This document shows, one piece after another, positions 37,966-47,218 of a DNA stretch of 64,000 bases. The stretch lies in assembly GCA_965223415.1 (NCBI GenBank), contig OZ245002.1, positions 5,664,001-5,728,000 on the forward strand. The letters run 5' to 3'. The position numbers were made by a program, and so were the translations under genes. The notes beneath the pieces are model-generated. The model was not told the DNA's origin. It did no database searches and saw only the letters and a program-made list of their open reading frames with translations. The DNA is from Myxococcota bacterium (GTDB lineage: Bacteria > Myxococcota_A > UBA9160 > UBA6930). Numbering within the stretch: position 1 is the stretch's first letter; every line of letters begins with the position of its first letter.

Positions 37966-38460
37966 GTGAAAGCGTTCGACCAGCTGCTCACCATGTCCGA
38001 GCTCGCGATCGGCCTGGCGGGATTCGCGGGCGTGGTGGTGGCCTTCGCACGCGGGGGGAAGCTCGCGACCATCGACCGTTGGCGCTTCGCCGGGCTGTTG
38101 TCTCTCGCGATGGGAGCCGCGGTCATGGCGTACGTCCCGCTGCTCCTCGACCTCACCGGGGTCTCGGGCCCGGCACTCTGGCGAGCATCGAGCGGCGTCT
38201 TCCTCGGAATCGGGGTGCTGTTCATCGCCATCTTCCCTTCCCGTGCCATCCGAGCGCTGCGGGAGGCGGACGCCCCGCTTCCTTGGGGCTTCCTCCTTCC
38301 GACCTTCGGGCTCTCCGCGGCGAATCTGTTGCTCCAGCTCCTGAACGCCCTGGGCTGGCCGTTCAATCCGGGTCCCCTGCTCTTCGTAGCCGGCATCCTC
38401 ACCTGGCTCGTCGTCGTCGCGCTCTTCTTCGGCATTCTCGTTCTCGGGCGCCCGGACTAG
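37966..38460 (+). CDS. Hypothetical membrane protein
   Basis: About 5 TM helices (ELAIGLAGFAGVVVAF...); GGAGG RBS. Confidence 0.75.
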   Translation: MKAFDQLLTMSELAIGLAGFAGVVVAFARGGKLATIDRWRFAGLLSLAMGAAVMAYVPLLLDLTGVSGPALWRASSGVFLGIGVLFIAIFPSRAIRALREADAPLPWGFLLPTFGLSAANLLLQLLNALGWPFNPGPLLFVAGILTWLVVVALFFGILVLGRPD

Positions 38461-38478
38461 GGCGGGGGCGGATCGAGG

Positions 38479-39240
38479 ATGGACGAGGACGTCTTCCGGA
38501 TCCTGTTCGAGGCCCAGTCGAAGAGCCCGAGCCTCCGGGACGCGTGGCGCGAGGCCTACGCCGACGACTTCCCGGAGGACGCGGATCCGCTGAGCTTCGT
38601 GACGAGGAGCGATCTCGCTCGCATCGCCGGCGCCTTGGAGCTGGGCACGGGCGACGAGCTGGTGGATCTGGGCTGCGGGGCGGGGGGCCCGGGCGCCCAT
38701 GTAGCGCGGACCACCAGAGCCCGGCTCACCGGGGTCGATCCCAATCGAGCCGCTCTGAAGATCGCGCGGGCCCGACACCTGGGCGAGCTCCCGAGTGGCT
38801 CCCGGTTCCAGCTCGGCGAGTTTGCCGCGACGAACCTGCCCCCCGCGTCCGTGCAAGGCGCGATGAGCACCGACGCCTTGCTCTTCGCCCCCGACCCGAC
38901 CGCCGCATTCCAGGAGGTAGCGCGCATCCTCGAGCCGGGCTGCCGCGTGGCGTTCACGAGCTTCGAGCTGCGCACGCGCAGCCAGACGCTCGACGCGGGC
39001 CCGCTTCCCGACTACCGCCCGTTTCTGGACAAGGCAGGGTTCCGCATCGAGGTGTACGAGGAGACCCGGGACTGGGAGCCTCGCATGCGGGCGGTCTTCT
39101 CGGGCATCCTCGCCCGGCGCGAGCCGCTGATGCGCGAGCTCGGCGAGCCCGCCGGCCCGTTCACGATGGCGTGGGCCACCCTTCGCCCGCCCGAGCTGTC
39201 GGACAGCCGGCGCATCCTCGCCATCGCCCAGTACGCGTGA
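38479..39240 (+). CDS. Class I SAM-dependent methyltransferase
   Basis: LVDLGCGAGG, LTGVDP, EVARILEPG. Confidence 0.88.
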   Translation: MDEDVFRILFEAQSKSPSLRDAWREAYADDFPEDADPLSFVTRSDLARIAGALELGTGDELVDLGCGAGGPGAHVARTTRARLTGVDPNRAALKIARARHLGELPSGSRFQLGEFAATNLPPASVQGAMSTDALLFAPDPTAAFQEVARILEPGCRVAFTSFELRTRSQTLDAGPLPDYRPFLDKAGFRIEVYEETRDWEPRMRAVFSGILARREPLMRELGEPAGPFTMAWATLRPPELSDSRRILAIAQYA

Positions 39241-39298
39241 GTCGGGCGATCCCAGACGAGACCTCCGGGAACGGCCAGGAGCCCGCGACCGAACCCTC

Positions 39299-39372
39299 TG
39301 GAGGCGCCGCCCGGATTCGAACCGGGGATCAGGGATTTGCAGTCCCGTGCCTTACCACTTGGCTACGGCGCC
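39299..39372 (-). tRNA. tRNA-Cys (anticodon GCA) with encoded CCA end
   Basis: GGCGCCGTAGCCAAGTGGTAAGGCACGGGACTGCAAATCCCTGATCCCCGGTTCGAATCCGGGCGGCGCCTCCA folds as a cloverleaf with U73; candidate -10 TATGCT at 39392-39397. Confidence 0.97.
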
Positions 39373-39443
39373 CAGAGGACCAGGGTCCGGCAGCATAACC
39401 GACGGGTGGGGCCCGGTCGCGTGGGCTGATAGCGTCCACGGCC

Positions 39444-39809
39444 ATGCACTGGCTGGGCGTGTTCGTGCTCGGGGGCTGCGGCGCCGTGGCGCGGGTCTGG
39501 GCGGCGACCCTGGTGGACGGACGCTTCTTCCCCTGGGCGACGCTGGCGGTCAACCTGCTGGGCTGTCTGGCGATCGGCTTCGCGGCGGAGTGGTTCCAGA
39601 ATCGCACCCAGCTCGACCCGAGGCTGCGGGTGGCCCTCGTCGGCGGCTTCCTGGGCGGCTTCACCACCTTCTCCGCCTTCGGGCTGGAGTGCTGGGAGTT
39701 CCTGGTGAAGGGCGCCTGGGGACAGGCGGCCGCCTACGCGGGAGCCAGCGTCCTGCTCGGCGTGCTCGGCGTGGGCACCGGGGTGGGGCTCGGGCGGCTG
39801 CTGCTGTGA
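39444..39809 (+). CDS. crcB: Fluoride channel Fluc/CrcB
   Basis: GG.GA..R, FPWATLAVNLLGC, GFLGGFTTFSAF. Confidence 0.93.
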   Translation: MHWLGVFVLGGCGAVARVWAATLVDGRFFPWATLAVNLLGCLAIGFAAEWFQNRTQLDPRLRVALVGGFLGGFTTFSAFGLECWEFLVKGAWGQAAAYAGASVLLGVLGVGTGVGLGRLLL

Positions 39810-40076
39810 GGGGGCGCGCCGGACCCGAGGGGACGAACGGGGGCGACGCTCGTGGCGGGTCCACCCGAGCGCCACCCCCGCAGGAAAGCCGCACCCGAGG
39901 GCGCGGCATCCCCTTCCCAATGGGGGGAGGAGAGAGCAAGGTCCGTGCCCAGGACCCTCGAGGGCTCTCGGACGGCTCCTGAGGCCGTTCTGGCCCCATT
40001 CTGGGCCTCCAGCAGGCAACCTCTTTCTCCGATGAGAGAAGCGTCTTTCCCAACCCCCTACACTGGCGGCGACCCG

Positions 40077-41333
40077 ATGAGCTCCGAACTCGACCCCTTC
40101 GCCCCGGCCTGGCGAGATGACCCCTACCCCCTCTACCGGGAGCTGCGCGATCACGCGCCGGTCCACCACGTGGAGTCCCTCGACGCCTGGTGCGTGTCGC
40201 GCTTCGACGACGTCCAGCGGGTGCTGAAGGACCCGGAGCGCTTCTCCTCCCGGGCCATGTTCAGCCTGCTGATGAACAACGGCAGCGACGGCCTCGATCT
40301 CTCCTGGGGTGGCATCCGGCTCGCGCTGCGCATGCTGTTCAAGCTGCGCATGAGCCCCTGGGCCTTCGCCCGCTCGCGCATCCTGATCGCGTCGGACGGG
40401 GAGCGGCACAGCTCGATGCGAAGCATCGTGAACCGCGGCTTCACGCCGCGCCGGATCGCCGGCTGGGAGGCCCGCGTCCAGGAGCTGGTGGACGAGTGCC
40501 TGGCTCCGCTCCGCGCCGGGGAGCCCTTCGACGTCGTGCGCGACCTGGCCGTGCCGCTGCCGGTGACGATCATCGCGGAAGTCCTCGGCGTGGAGGAGGA
40601 GCGCCACGCAAGCTTCAAGCGCTGGAGCGATGCGGTGATCTACAACGTCACCGGACCGGGGCGCAGCGATCCCTTCAACCCGGGCTTCCTCGACACGATG
40701 GAGGAGTTCTTCACCTACTTCGACGAGGCGATCCAAGCCCGGCTCGACAAGCCGACCGACGACCTGATCGGGACGATCATCGCCTCCCAGCAGGACGAGG
40801 CCGATCCGCTCTCGCCCTTCGAGATGCTGCAGTTCGTGCTGCTGCTGCTGGTGGCCGGCAACGAGACCACGACGAACCTGATCGGCAACGGCGTGGCCGC
40901 GCTCCTCGCCCACCCGGAGGAGCTGCGACGCGCCGCCGAGGACCCGTCGCTGGCGGAGCGCGTCGTCGAGGAGACGGCCCGCTACGACCCGCCCGTGCAG
41001 CTCGTGTTCCGCAAGGCCACGGAGGCCGTCGAGATCGCGGGCGTGACCATCCCGGAGGGCGGAAACGTCGCCGCCCTCATCGGCTCGGCCAACCGCGACG
41101 AGCGGCGCTTCCCGGAGCCGGACCGCTTCGACCTCTCCCGCGACAGCCAGGGCCACCTGGCCTTCGGTCTCGGCAAGCACTTCTGCCTGGGCGCTTCCCT
41201 GGCCCGCCTCGAGGGCCGGATCGCCTTCCAGTCCCTGGCCCCGGAGCTGGCCCTGGTGGCCCCGCCCAAGCCCGCCGAGCGGATCGACTCCTTCCTCGTC
41301 CGTGGACCGGCCCGCCTGCCCCTGCGCCTCTGA
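40077..41333 (+). CDS. Cytochrome P450
   Basis: DDPYPLY, AGNETT I-helix, EETARYDPP (ExxR), FGLGKHFCLG. Confidence 0.96.
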   Translation: MSSELDPFAPAWRDDPYPLYRELRDHAPVHHVESLDAWCVSRFDDVQRVLKDPERFSSRAMFSLLMNNGSDGLDLSWGGIRLALRMLFKLRMSPWAFARSRILIASDGERHSSMRSIVNRGFTPRRIAGWEARVQELVDECLAPLRAGEPFDVVRDLAVPLPVTIIAEVLGVEEERHASFKRWSDAVIYNVTGPGRSDPFNPGFLDTMEEFFTYFDEAIQARLDKPTDDLIGTIIASQQDEADPLSPFEMLQFVLLLLVAGNETTTNLIGNGVAALLAHPEELRRAAEDPSLAERVVEETARYDPPVQLVFRKATEAVEIAGVTIPEGGNVAALIGSANRDERRFPEPDRFDLSRDSQGHLAFGLGKHFCLGASLARLEGRIAFQSLAPELALVAPPKPAERIDSFLVRGPARLPLRL

Positions 41334-41409
41334 TGAGACAAGGGGACGTTCCTTTCTGTCTCACGCTCGGGCGTGAGACAGAAAGGAACGTCCCCCTGTC
41401 TCATCAGAG
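41328..41409. repeat. Nested inverted repeat (REP/BIME-like doublet) between convergent genes
   Basis: 39-bp arms (41328-41366 and 41371-41409) with one mismatch and a 4-nt loop; each arm is TGAGACA-core-TGTCTCA with the same GGGGACGTTCCTT core as the copy at 34749. Confidence 0.92.
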
Positions 41410-41859
41410 CTCGATGGGATGGCGTTCGCCGGCGAGGGGAAGGACGAAGCTGCCGGCCTCCTCCTCGACGGCCTGGAGCAGCTCCGCGTGGGCACCGTGG
41501 AGGAAGCGCGCGGGGAGGCCCTCGGGCACGAGATCGCGCTTCACCTGGCAGATCAGCGCCTCGTCGATGGGCGAGAGGCGCAGGCTGGCCGGGTCGAGGA
41601 TCTCCCGGCTGCGGTCCGAGAGCTCGATGCGCCCGCTCTCCGGGTCGAAGGTGCGCACGAAGAAGCCGCACTCCTCCACCTCGATCTCGCCGCGGAAGTG
41701 GCGCAGGGTGACGACGTACTTGCCTTCCTCGGGCAGGTAGCGGACCGAGCGGTCGAAGTGCTCCCGGAGCTTGCGGTGGCGGATGGGCTCGCCCTCGTGG
41801 GTGAAGCGCCCGTCGTGGTGGAGCACGAGGCCGAAGGGAGAGAGCGGCGGCCCCTTCAA
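41404..41859 (-). CDS. DUF1285-like hypothetical protein
   Basis: TTG overlaps the upstream TGA; DGRFTHEGEPI.H..L...F, IEVEE..FFV, LSD...E.LDP..L, ARF pattern. Confidence 0.65.
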   Translation of the reverse strand: MKGPPLSPFGLVLHHDGRFTHEGEPIRHRKLREHFDRSVRYLPEEGKYVVTLRHFRGEIEVEECGFFVRTFDPESGRIELSDRSREILDPASLRLSPIDEALICQVKRDLVPEGLPARFLHGAHAELLQAVEEEAGSFVLPLAGERHPIEL

Positions 41860-42122
41860 GGCGCGGCGAGCGGCTCGCCGAGGGCCTCGGCCTGGGCCGC
41901 GCCATCCCGGCGCACCCGCCAGACGCCCAGCAGGTCGTAGCGCAGCCACAGCACCACCCGGTCGAAGCCCTGACCTTCCGGGTCGCGGTAGATCCACTTC
42001 TCGTTCCAGCGCACGCCATGCTCCTCGCGGGTGCGCGGCTCGTTGGCGCTGCCCTCCTGGTCCGTCGGCTCGCCGAAGCGGGCGGCCACGGCGCCGCGAT
42101 CCCAGCCGTTCACCGATCGCAT
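41856..42122 (-). CDS. Small hypothetical protein downstream of nuoD
   Basis: 88-aa ORF (ARFGEP...WNEKWIY) filling the operon gap and coupled to the next gene. Confidence 0.6.
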   Translation of the reverse strand: MRSVNGWDRGAVAARFGEPTDQEGSANEPRTREEHGVRWNEKWIYRDPEGQGFDRVVLWLRYDLLGVWRVRRDGAAQAEALGEPLAAP

Positions 42123-42144
42123 TCGTCGCCGCGGGTGTGCGAGC

Positions 42145-43338
42145 TCATCGGTCGCACTCGCCGCCCACCATGTTGAGGAAGTCGAAGGTCGGGATCAGGT
42201 CCGCGAGCATCGCGCCCTCCACCATCAGCGGGAGGGGCGCCAGGTTCAGGAAGCTCGGCGGCCGGCAGCGCACCTTCACCGGGCGCTCGCTGCCGTCGGA
42301 CACGAGGTAGAAGCCGAGCTCGCCGTTCGCCGACTCGATGGCAGAGTAGCCCTCCCCTGCCGGCACCTTCGGGCCTTCGGTCACGGACTTGAAGTGCTGG
42401 ATCATCTCCTCCATGCGATTGAATACGCCGGCCTTGGCAGGCCAGCGCACGCGAGGATCGTCCACGTCCACCGGGCCCGCGCCGAGGGCCGCGAGCCGGC
42501 CAACACACTGCTCGACGATGCGCAGGCTCTGGTGCATCTCCTCGACGCACACCAGGTAGCGATCGTAGTTGTCGCCGACGGTGCCGACGGGCACGTCGAA
42601 GTCGAGCTCCCCGTACACCAGGTAGGGCTCGTCTTTACGCAGGTCGAGGGGCACCCCGGAGGCGCGCAGCACCGGCCCGGTCACGGCGTAACGGATGCAG
42701 TCCTCCTTGGAGACGACGCCGACGTCCTTCAGCCGGTCCACGAAGATGCGGTTGCGGGTGACGACGCCCTCGAAGTCCGCCAGCAGGCGCCGGATCTTGG
42801 CGACGAGCTCCTCGGCCTGGGCGGGGAAGCCCTCGGGCATGGCGTGGCGCACGCCGCCGATGCGCACGAAGTTCGAGGTCACCCGGGCACCACACAGCGC
42901 CTCGAGCAGGTCCCAGGTGAGCTCGCGAGCCTCGATGCCATAAAGGAAGGGCGTCATCGCCTGCAGCTCGAGGCAGGAAGCGCCGCAGCGGGTGAGGTGA
43001 TCCCCGAGGCGCGAGAGCTCCCCCGCCAGCACCCGCAGCCACTGGCAGCGCTCGGGCGTCTCGATCTCGAGCAGCTTCTCCACGGCCATGCAGAAGCCCA
43101 GGTTCGCCAGTACGGCCGAGTTGTAGTTGAGGCGGTCCGTATAGGGGATGCACTGGTACCAGGAGTGGCTCTCGCACTCCTTCTCGAAGCCCCGGTGCAG
43201 GTAGCCTACCTGCACGTCGAGCCCCCGGATCGTCTCGCCGTCGAGCTCGATCAGGAACTTGACCGTGCCGTGGGTCGCCGGGTGCGACGGCCCCATGTTG
43301 AGGATCTGGTGCTCGGCGTGGAGGTCGGCGGCGCTCAT
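42145..43338 (-). CDS. nuoD: NADH-quinone oxidoreductase subunit D
   Basis: NMGPSHPATHG, GYLHRGFEK, YTDRLNY, ESANGELG, GGECDR. Confidence 0.95.
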   Translation of the reverse strand: MSAADLHAEHQILNMGPSHPATHGTVKFLIELDGETIRGLDVQVGYLHRGFEKECESHSWYQCIPYTDRLNYNSAVLANLGFCMAVEKLLEIETPERCQWLRVLAGELSRLGDHLTRCGASCLELQAMTPFLYGIEARELTWDLLEALCGARVTSNFVRIGGVRHAMPEGFPAQAEELVAKIRRLLADFEGVVTRNRIFVDRLKDVGVVSKEDCIRYAVTGPVLRASGVPLDLRKDEPYLVYGELDFDVPVGTVGDNYDRYLVCVEEMHQSLRIVEQCVGRLAALGAGPVDVDDPRVRWPAKAGVFNRMEEMIQHFKSVTEGPKVPAGEGYSAIESANGELGFYLVSDGSERPVKVRCRPPSFLNLAPLPLMVEGAMLADLIPTFDFLNMVGGECDR

Positions 43339-43832
43339 GGGCCCGAGCTCCCCGGCCCCGCCAGCGGCTGGCGGCGGGTCTTCGGGTAGTCCTTGCGGAG
43401 CGGATGGCCCTCGAAGGCCTCGTACAGCAGGATCCGGCGCAGGTCCGGATGCCCCTCGAAGCGCAGGCCGTAGAGGTCGAAGACCTCGCGCTCCATCCAG
43501 TCCGCGGAGGCCCAGAGGCCCGTGAGCGAATCGACGACGGCCGCGTCCTCGGGCACCCGCGCCTTGATGCGCAGCCGGTGGTTCCGGGCCACGGAGTAGA
43601 GGTGGTAGACCATCTCGAAGCGCGGCTCCTCGGGCAGGAGGTCCACGCAGGTGAGGTCGGTGAGCATGTCGAAGGCCAGGGCCGGCTCGTCCCGGAGGAA
43701 CGCCATCGCGTCGGGCAGGCGTGCCGGCTCGACCACCGCCGTCGCGTCGCCCAGCCGCGCGTGGGTGGCGACGACGGCGTCGCCCATGGCGTCCAGGAGC
43801 CGGCGCAGGACCTCTGAGCCGTGGTCTTCCAC
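43335..43832 (-). CDS. nuoC: NADH-quinone oxidoreductase subunit C
   Basis: DLTCVD, RFEMVYHLYS, EREVFDLYG..FEGHPDLRRIL, GHPLRKDYP. Confidence 0.95.
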   Translation of the reverse strand: MEDHGSEVLRRLLDAMGDAVVATHARLGDATAVVEPARLPDAMAFLRDEPALAFDMLTDLTCVDLLPEEPRFEMVYHLYSVARNHRLRIKARVPEDAAVVDSLTGLWASADWMEREVFDLYGLRFEGHPDLRRILLYEAFEGHPLRKDYPKTRRQPLAGPGSSGP

Positions 43833-44402
43833 TCAGCCCTGCTCCTTCGGCGCCTGCTCGCGCTCGTACTCGGCGCGCAGGAACTCGAGGCGCCGCTTCA
43901 GGAGCGGCTCCGGCACGAGGAGGTGCTCCTTCTCGTAGACCAGAGCGTCGCGATCGAAGGCCGCGATCTCCACCTCCCGGCTCATCACGATGGCCTCCTC
44001 CGGGCAGGCCTCCTCGCACAGGCCGCAGAACATGCAGCGGGACATGTCGATCGTGAAGCGCTCCGGATGGCGCTCGATCCCGTCGCCGGGCAGCTCGCCG
44101 GGGACAATCGTGATGCACTTCGTCGGGCAGGCGAACTCGCACAGGCCGCAGGCGACGCAGCGCGGCTTGCCGCTCTCGAGGGCGACCAGGACCGGCATGC
44201 CGCGAAAGGCGTCGGCGTGGTCGACGCGCTCCTCCGGGTACTGCACGACGAAGGCGGTGCTGCGCCCGGTGGCGAAGCCGCGCAGGTTCCGGAAGAAGTG
44301 GCGGCTCGTGACCCACAGGCCCCGAAGGATCATCGGCAGGTAGAGCCGCAGGGCCCAGGTGAGCTTCTCTTCGCGCTGGACGGTGACGACCCGGGCAGCC
44401 AT
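43833..44402 (-). CDS. nuoI: NADH-quinone oxidoreductase subunit I
   Basis: QYPEE, CVACGLCEFACP, CMFCGLCEEACP. Confidence 0.95.
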   Translation of the reverse strand: MAARVVTVQREEKLTWALRLYLPMILRGLWVTSRHFFRNLRGFATGRSTAFVVQYPEERVDHADAFRGMPVLVALESGKPRCVACGLCEFACPTKCITIVPGELPGDGIERHPERFTIDMSRCMFCGLCEEACPEEAIVMSREVEIAAFDRDALVYEKEHLLVPEPLLKRRLEFLRAEYEREQAPKEQG

Positions 44403-44429
44403 TCCGGCTGCGGAGTCTAGCCAGTCTGG

Positions 44430-44945
44430 CTAGATGCGCGTGAAGCGCGCGTCGGAAACGCCCGGATCGAAGGCCTCGAAGAGCGCATCGAGCTCGGCCT
44501 GGGGCACCTCGCCGGGCATGTACTCGATCGAGACGTCCATGCGGACGAGGCCGCCCCGGTGGGGCTGGGCCACGATCCAACGCAGGGCATCGGGCTCGTC
44601 CTGGCTCTCGCCGCGGATCGGGTGGCGGATCACCGCGTTGCCACCCATGCTGAGGCGGCTGATGGCGCCGCCGTAATCGAGGTTGGCCTGCTTGCCGAGC
44701 ATCACGCGGATGTGCTCGACGGTCAGCGCCGTCCCGAAATCCTCGATGTCGCCCTTCACCCAGAGCTCCACGCCGGGCAGCTCCGCGTGGACGAAGCCGA
44801 GCTCGCCCTCGACCTCGCCGTGCAGCTCCCAGGCCTTGGGCACCTGGAAGTGGCCGTAGCCCTGGAGGGTCACGGTCTGGAGCTCCGGCTTCGAGCAGGC
44901 GGCGGCGAGGGAGAGCAGGAGAATCGCGAGGAAGGGTCGGGGCAT
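44430..44945 (-). CDS. Hypothetical lipoprotein
   Basis: MPRPFLAILLLSLAAAC lipobox; GGAGGAGG RBS. Confidence 0.75.
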   Translation of the reverse strand: MPRPFLAILLLSLAAACSKPELQTVTLQGYGHFQVPKAWELHGEVEGELGFVHAELPGVELWVKGDIEDFGTALTVEHIRVMLGKQANLDYGGAISRLSMGGNAVIRHPIRGESQDEPDALRWIVAQPHRGGLVRMDVSIEYMPGEVPQAELDALFEAFDPGVSDARFTRI

Positions 44946-45032
44946 GGCGCCTCCTCCACCCGGGGCATCGACCGATCCACGAACCCCCTTGACCCCATCG
45001 GAGTCGCGTATCCTGGGGCCCGAGGAGGACCC

Positions 45033-45620
45033 GTGCCGCGCATCGAACCCCTCTCCCGGGAGGAGCTCGCCGAATTCGAGCCCTTCTTCCAGGTGGTCGA
45101 GCAGGCGATGGGCTTCGTGCCCACGAGCATGCTCACGATGGGCCGCAACCGGCCGCTCCTCCAGGCCTTCGCCGGCCTCTCCGGGACCATCCTTGCCGGC
45201 GGAAGCCTGGAGCCGAGCCTCCGGGCCCTGATCTCCTACGTGGCCAGCCGTGCCGCCGGCTGCCTCTACTGCCAGGCCCACACCGGGCACACGGCCCACC
45301 GGAGCGGCGTGTCCGAGGAGAAGCTGCAGGCCGCCTTCGAGTCCGAGACCCACCCCCTCTTCGACGAGAAGGAGCGGGCCGCCCTGCGGGTCGCCCATCA
45401 TGCGGCGCTCGTTCCGAACGCGGTGGAGGACGCCCACTTCGCAGAGCTGAAGCAGCATTTCGACGACGCGGAGATCGTGGACATCGTCTCGGTGATCTCG
45501 CTCTTCGGCTACCTGAACCGCTGGAACGACACGATGGCCACCACCCTCGAGGCGTCGCCCCGCACCTTCGGAGAGCAGACGCTCGCCGGGGGCGGGTGGG
45601 CCGCTGGCAAGCACGCCTGA
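45033..45620 (+). CDS. Carboxymuconolactone decarboxylase/AhpD-family protein
   Basis: GTG after GAGGAGG; ASRAAGCLYCQAH CxxC motif; FGYLNRWNDT. Confidence 0.88.
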   Translation: MPRIEPLSREELAEFEPFFQVVEQAMGFVPTSMLTMGRNRPLLQAFAGLSGTILAGGSLEPSLRALISYVASRAAGCLYCQAHTGHTAHRSGVSEEKLQAAFESETHPLFDEKERAALRVAHHAALVPNAVEDAHFAELKQHFDDAEIVDIVSVISLFGYLNRWNDTMATTLEASPRTFGEQTLAGGGWAAGKHA

Positions 45621-45624
45621 GCGC

Positions 45625-46545
45625 CTAGGCGCCCGCCAGCTCGTCCGCGTGGTAGGAGCTCCGGACGAGGGGACCGGAGGCCACCTCCCGGAAGCCCAGG
45701 GCCCGGGCGCGCACGGCCCAGGCCTCGAACTCGTCCGGCGGCACCCAGCGATCCACCGGGAGGTGATCGTCGCTCGGTCGCAGGTACTGGCCGATCGTGA
45801 GCAGGGTGACGCCGGCGTCGCGCAGGTCGCAGAGGGTGCGGTCGACCTCCTCCTCGCGCTCGCCCATGCCGAGGATGAGCCCGCTCTTCGTCGGCACGTC
45901 TTCCCGCAGCTGACGCGCACGGCGCAGCACGCCGAGGGAGCAGCGGTAGCTCGCCGCGGGCCTCACCTTGCGCTGGAGGCGCTCCACGGTCTCGATGTTG
46001 TGGTTGAGGACGTCCGGGTCCGCGTCGAGCACGCTGTGGAGCGCCGCCTCCTCGCCCTTGTAGTCGGCGATCAGCACCTCGACCCCGGTGTCCGGCGACT
46101 GGGCCCGGATGGCCCGCACCGTGGCCGCCATCTGGCCGGCGCCGCCGTCGGGCAGGTCGTCCCGGGCCACGCAGGTGATCACCGCGTAGCGCAGGCCGAG
46201 CTCCGCCACCGCCCGGGCCACGCGACCCGGCTCGAAGGGGTCGAGCCCGTCAGGCCGCCCGGTGGCGACGTCGCAAAAGCCGCAGCGTCGCGTACAGGTG
46301 TTGCCGCCGATCATGAAGGTGGCGGTGCCGCGGGCCCAGCACTCGCCCAGGTTCGGACAGCTCGCCGAGGAGCAGACCGTGTGGAGCCCCTGGTCCTTCA
46401 CGAGGCGGCTCACCCGCAGCAGCTCGGGGGTCGCCCGCAGGCGCACCTTGAGCCAGCTCGGGCGGTCCTCGTGGACGTTCGGAACCTCACGGTTCTGGGC
46501 CGGCCGCGCGACCCGCTGGTCCCGGGAGCGGAGGTCGTCGCTCAC
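45625..46545 (-). CDS. lipA: Lipoyl synthase
   Basis: TVCSSASCPNLGECW, CTRRCGFC, NHNIETV, VRSSYHA. Confidence 0.96.
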   Translation of the reverse strand: MSDDLRSRDQRVARPAQNREVPNVHEDRPSWLKVRLRATPELLRVSRLVKDQGLHTVCSSASCPNLGECWARGTATFMIGGNTCTRRCGFCDVATGRPDGLDPFEPGRVARAVAELGLRYAVITCVARDDLPDGGAGQMAATVRAIRAQSPDTGVEVLIADYKGEEAALHSVLDADPDVLNHNIETVERLQRKVRPAASYRCSLGVLRRARQLREDVPTKSGLILGMGEREEEVDRTLCDLRDAGVTLLTIGQYLRPSDDHLPVDRWVPPDEFEAWAVRARALGFREVASGPLVRSSYHADELAGA

Positions 46546-47195
46546 GGGAACGCCCTGGCGAAGGCGCTGGCCACCGCCTCCCGGGTCCGCATGAAGAGGA
46601 TCGGGCTCGACGGCGTGTCCAGCTCCCGGGCCACGCTCGTCATCGAGACGTCGTGGAGCCCGCAGGGAACGATCACGTCGAACTCCGCCGGGTCGAGGGT
46701 CACGTTGAGGGCGAAGCCGTGGTACGTGATCCAGCCCTTCACGCCGACGCCGATCGAGGCGAGCTTCCGCAAGGGCTGCGAGCCAGCGGCGAACACGCCG
46801 GTCTTTCCGGGCTCGGGCGCGGCGGGAACGCCCAGCTCGGAGAGGGCGTCGATCAGGCAGCCTTCCAGCGTGCGCAGCCAGCTCACGACGTCCGGCGTTC
46901 CCCGCGCGGCGAGATCGACCACCGCGTAACCGACGAGCTGGCCGCGGCCGTGGTAGGTGACGTCGCCACCGCGGGCCACGTGGTGGAGCTCGATGCCCCG
47001 GGCCTGGAGCGCGGCCTCGGGCACCCGCAGGTTCTCCGGCCTGGCGCTGCGCCCGAAGGTGACGACCGGCGGGTGTTCGAGGAGCAGCAGCCGGTCGGGA
47101 ACGCTCCCGGCCCGGCGGTCCTCGACGGCCTGCTTCTGCAGGTCGAGGGCGGTGCCGTAGGGCACCGGGCCGAGCCAGTCGATCTGGAGCGCCAT
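46542..47195 (-). CDS. lipB: Octanoyltransferase
   Basis: LLLEHPPV, RGGDVTYHG.GQLV.Y, KLASIG, HGFALN, IVPCG. Confidence 0.96.
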   Translation of the reverse strand: MALQIDWLGPVPYGTALDLQKQAVEDRRAGSVPDRLLLLEHPPVVTFGRSARPENLRVPEAALQARGIELHHVARGGDVTYHGRGQLVGYAVVDLAARGTPDVVSWLRTLEGCLIDALSELGVPAAPEPGKTGVFAAGSQPLRKLASIGVGVKGWITYHGFALNVTLDPAEFDVIVPCGLHDVSMTSVARELDTPSSPILFMRTREAVASAFARAFP

Positions 47196-47218
47196 GGAAG
47201 GAGCCTAGCGGCGGGGCG

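Noticed and set aside
37966..39300. Genomic island integrated at tRNA-Cys
   Set aside because: The two genes look slightly less GC-biased, but I found no duplicated tRNA 3' end and no integrase.
39299..39372. UGA-decoding tRNA (tRNA-Sec or suppressor) explaining the recoded gene
   Set aside because: The anticodon is GCA and the body is a normal 74 nt with no long variable arm; it is an ordinary tRNA-Cys.
39380..39443. Fluoride riboswitch upstream of crcB
   Set aside because: GCTGAT is present, but the conserved 5' GGCGATGG...CGCC stem is absent; the region is better explained by divergent promoters.
40025..40040. TTCTC-N6-GAGAA dyad upstream of the P450 as an operator
   Set aside because: Only 5-bp arms and no adjacent regulator; not distinguishable from chance.
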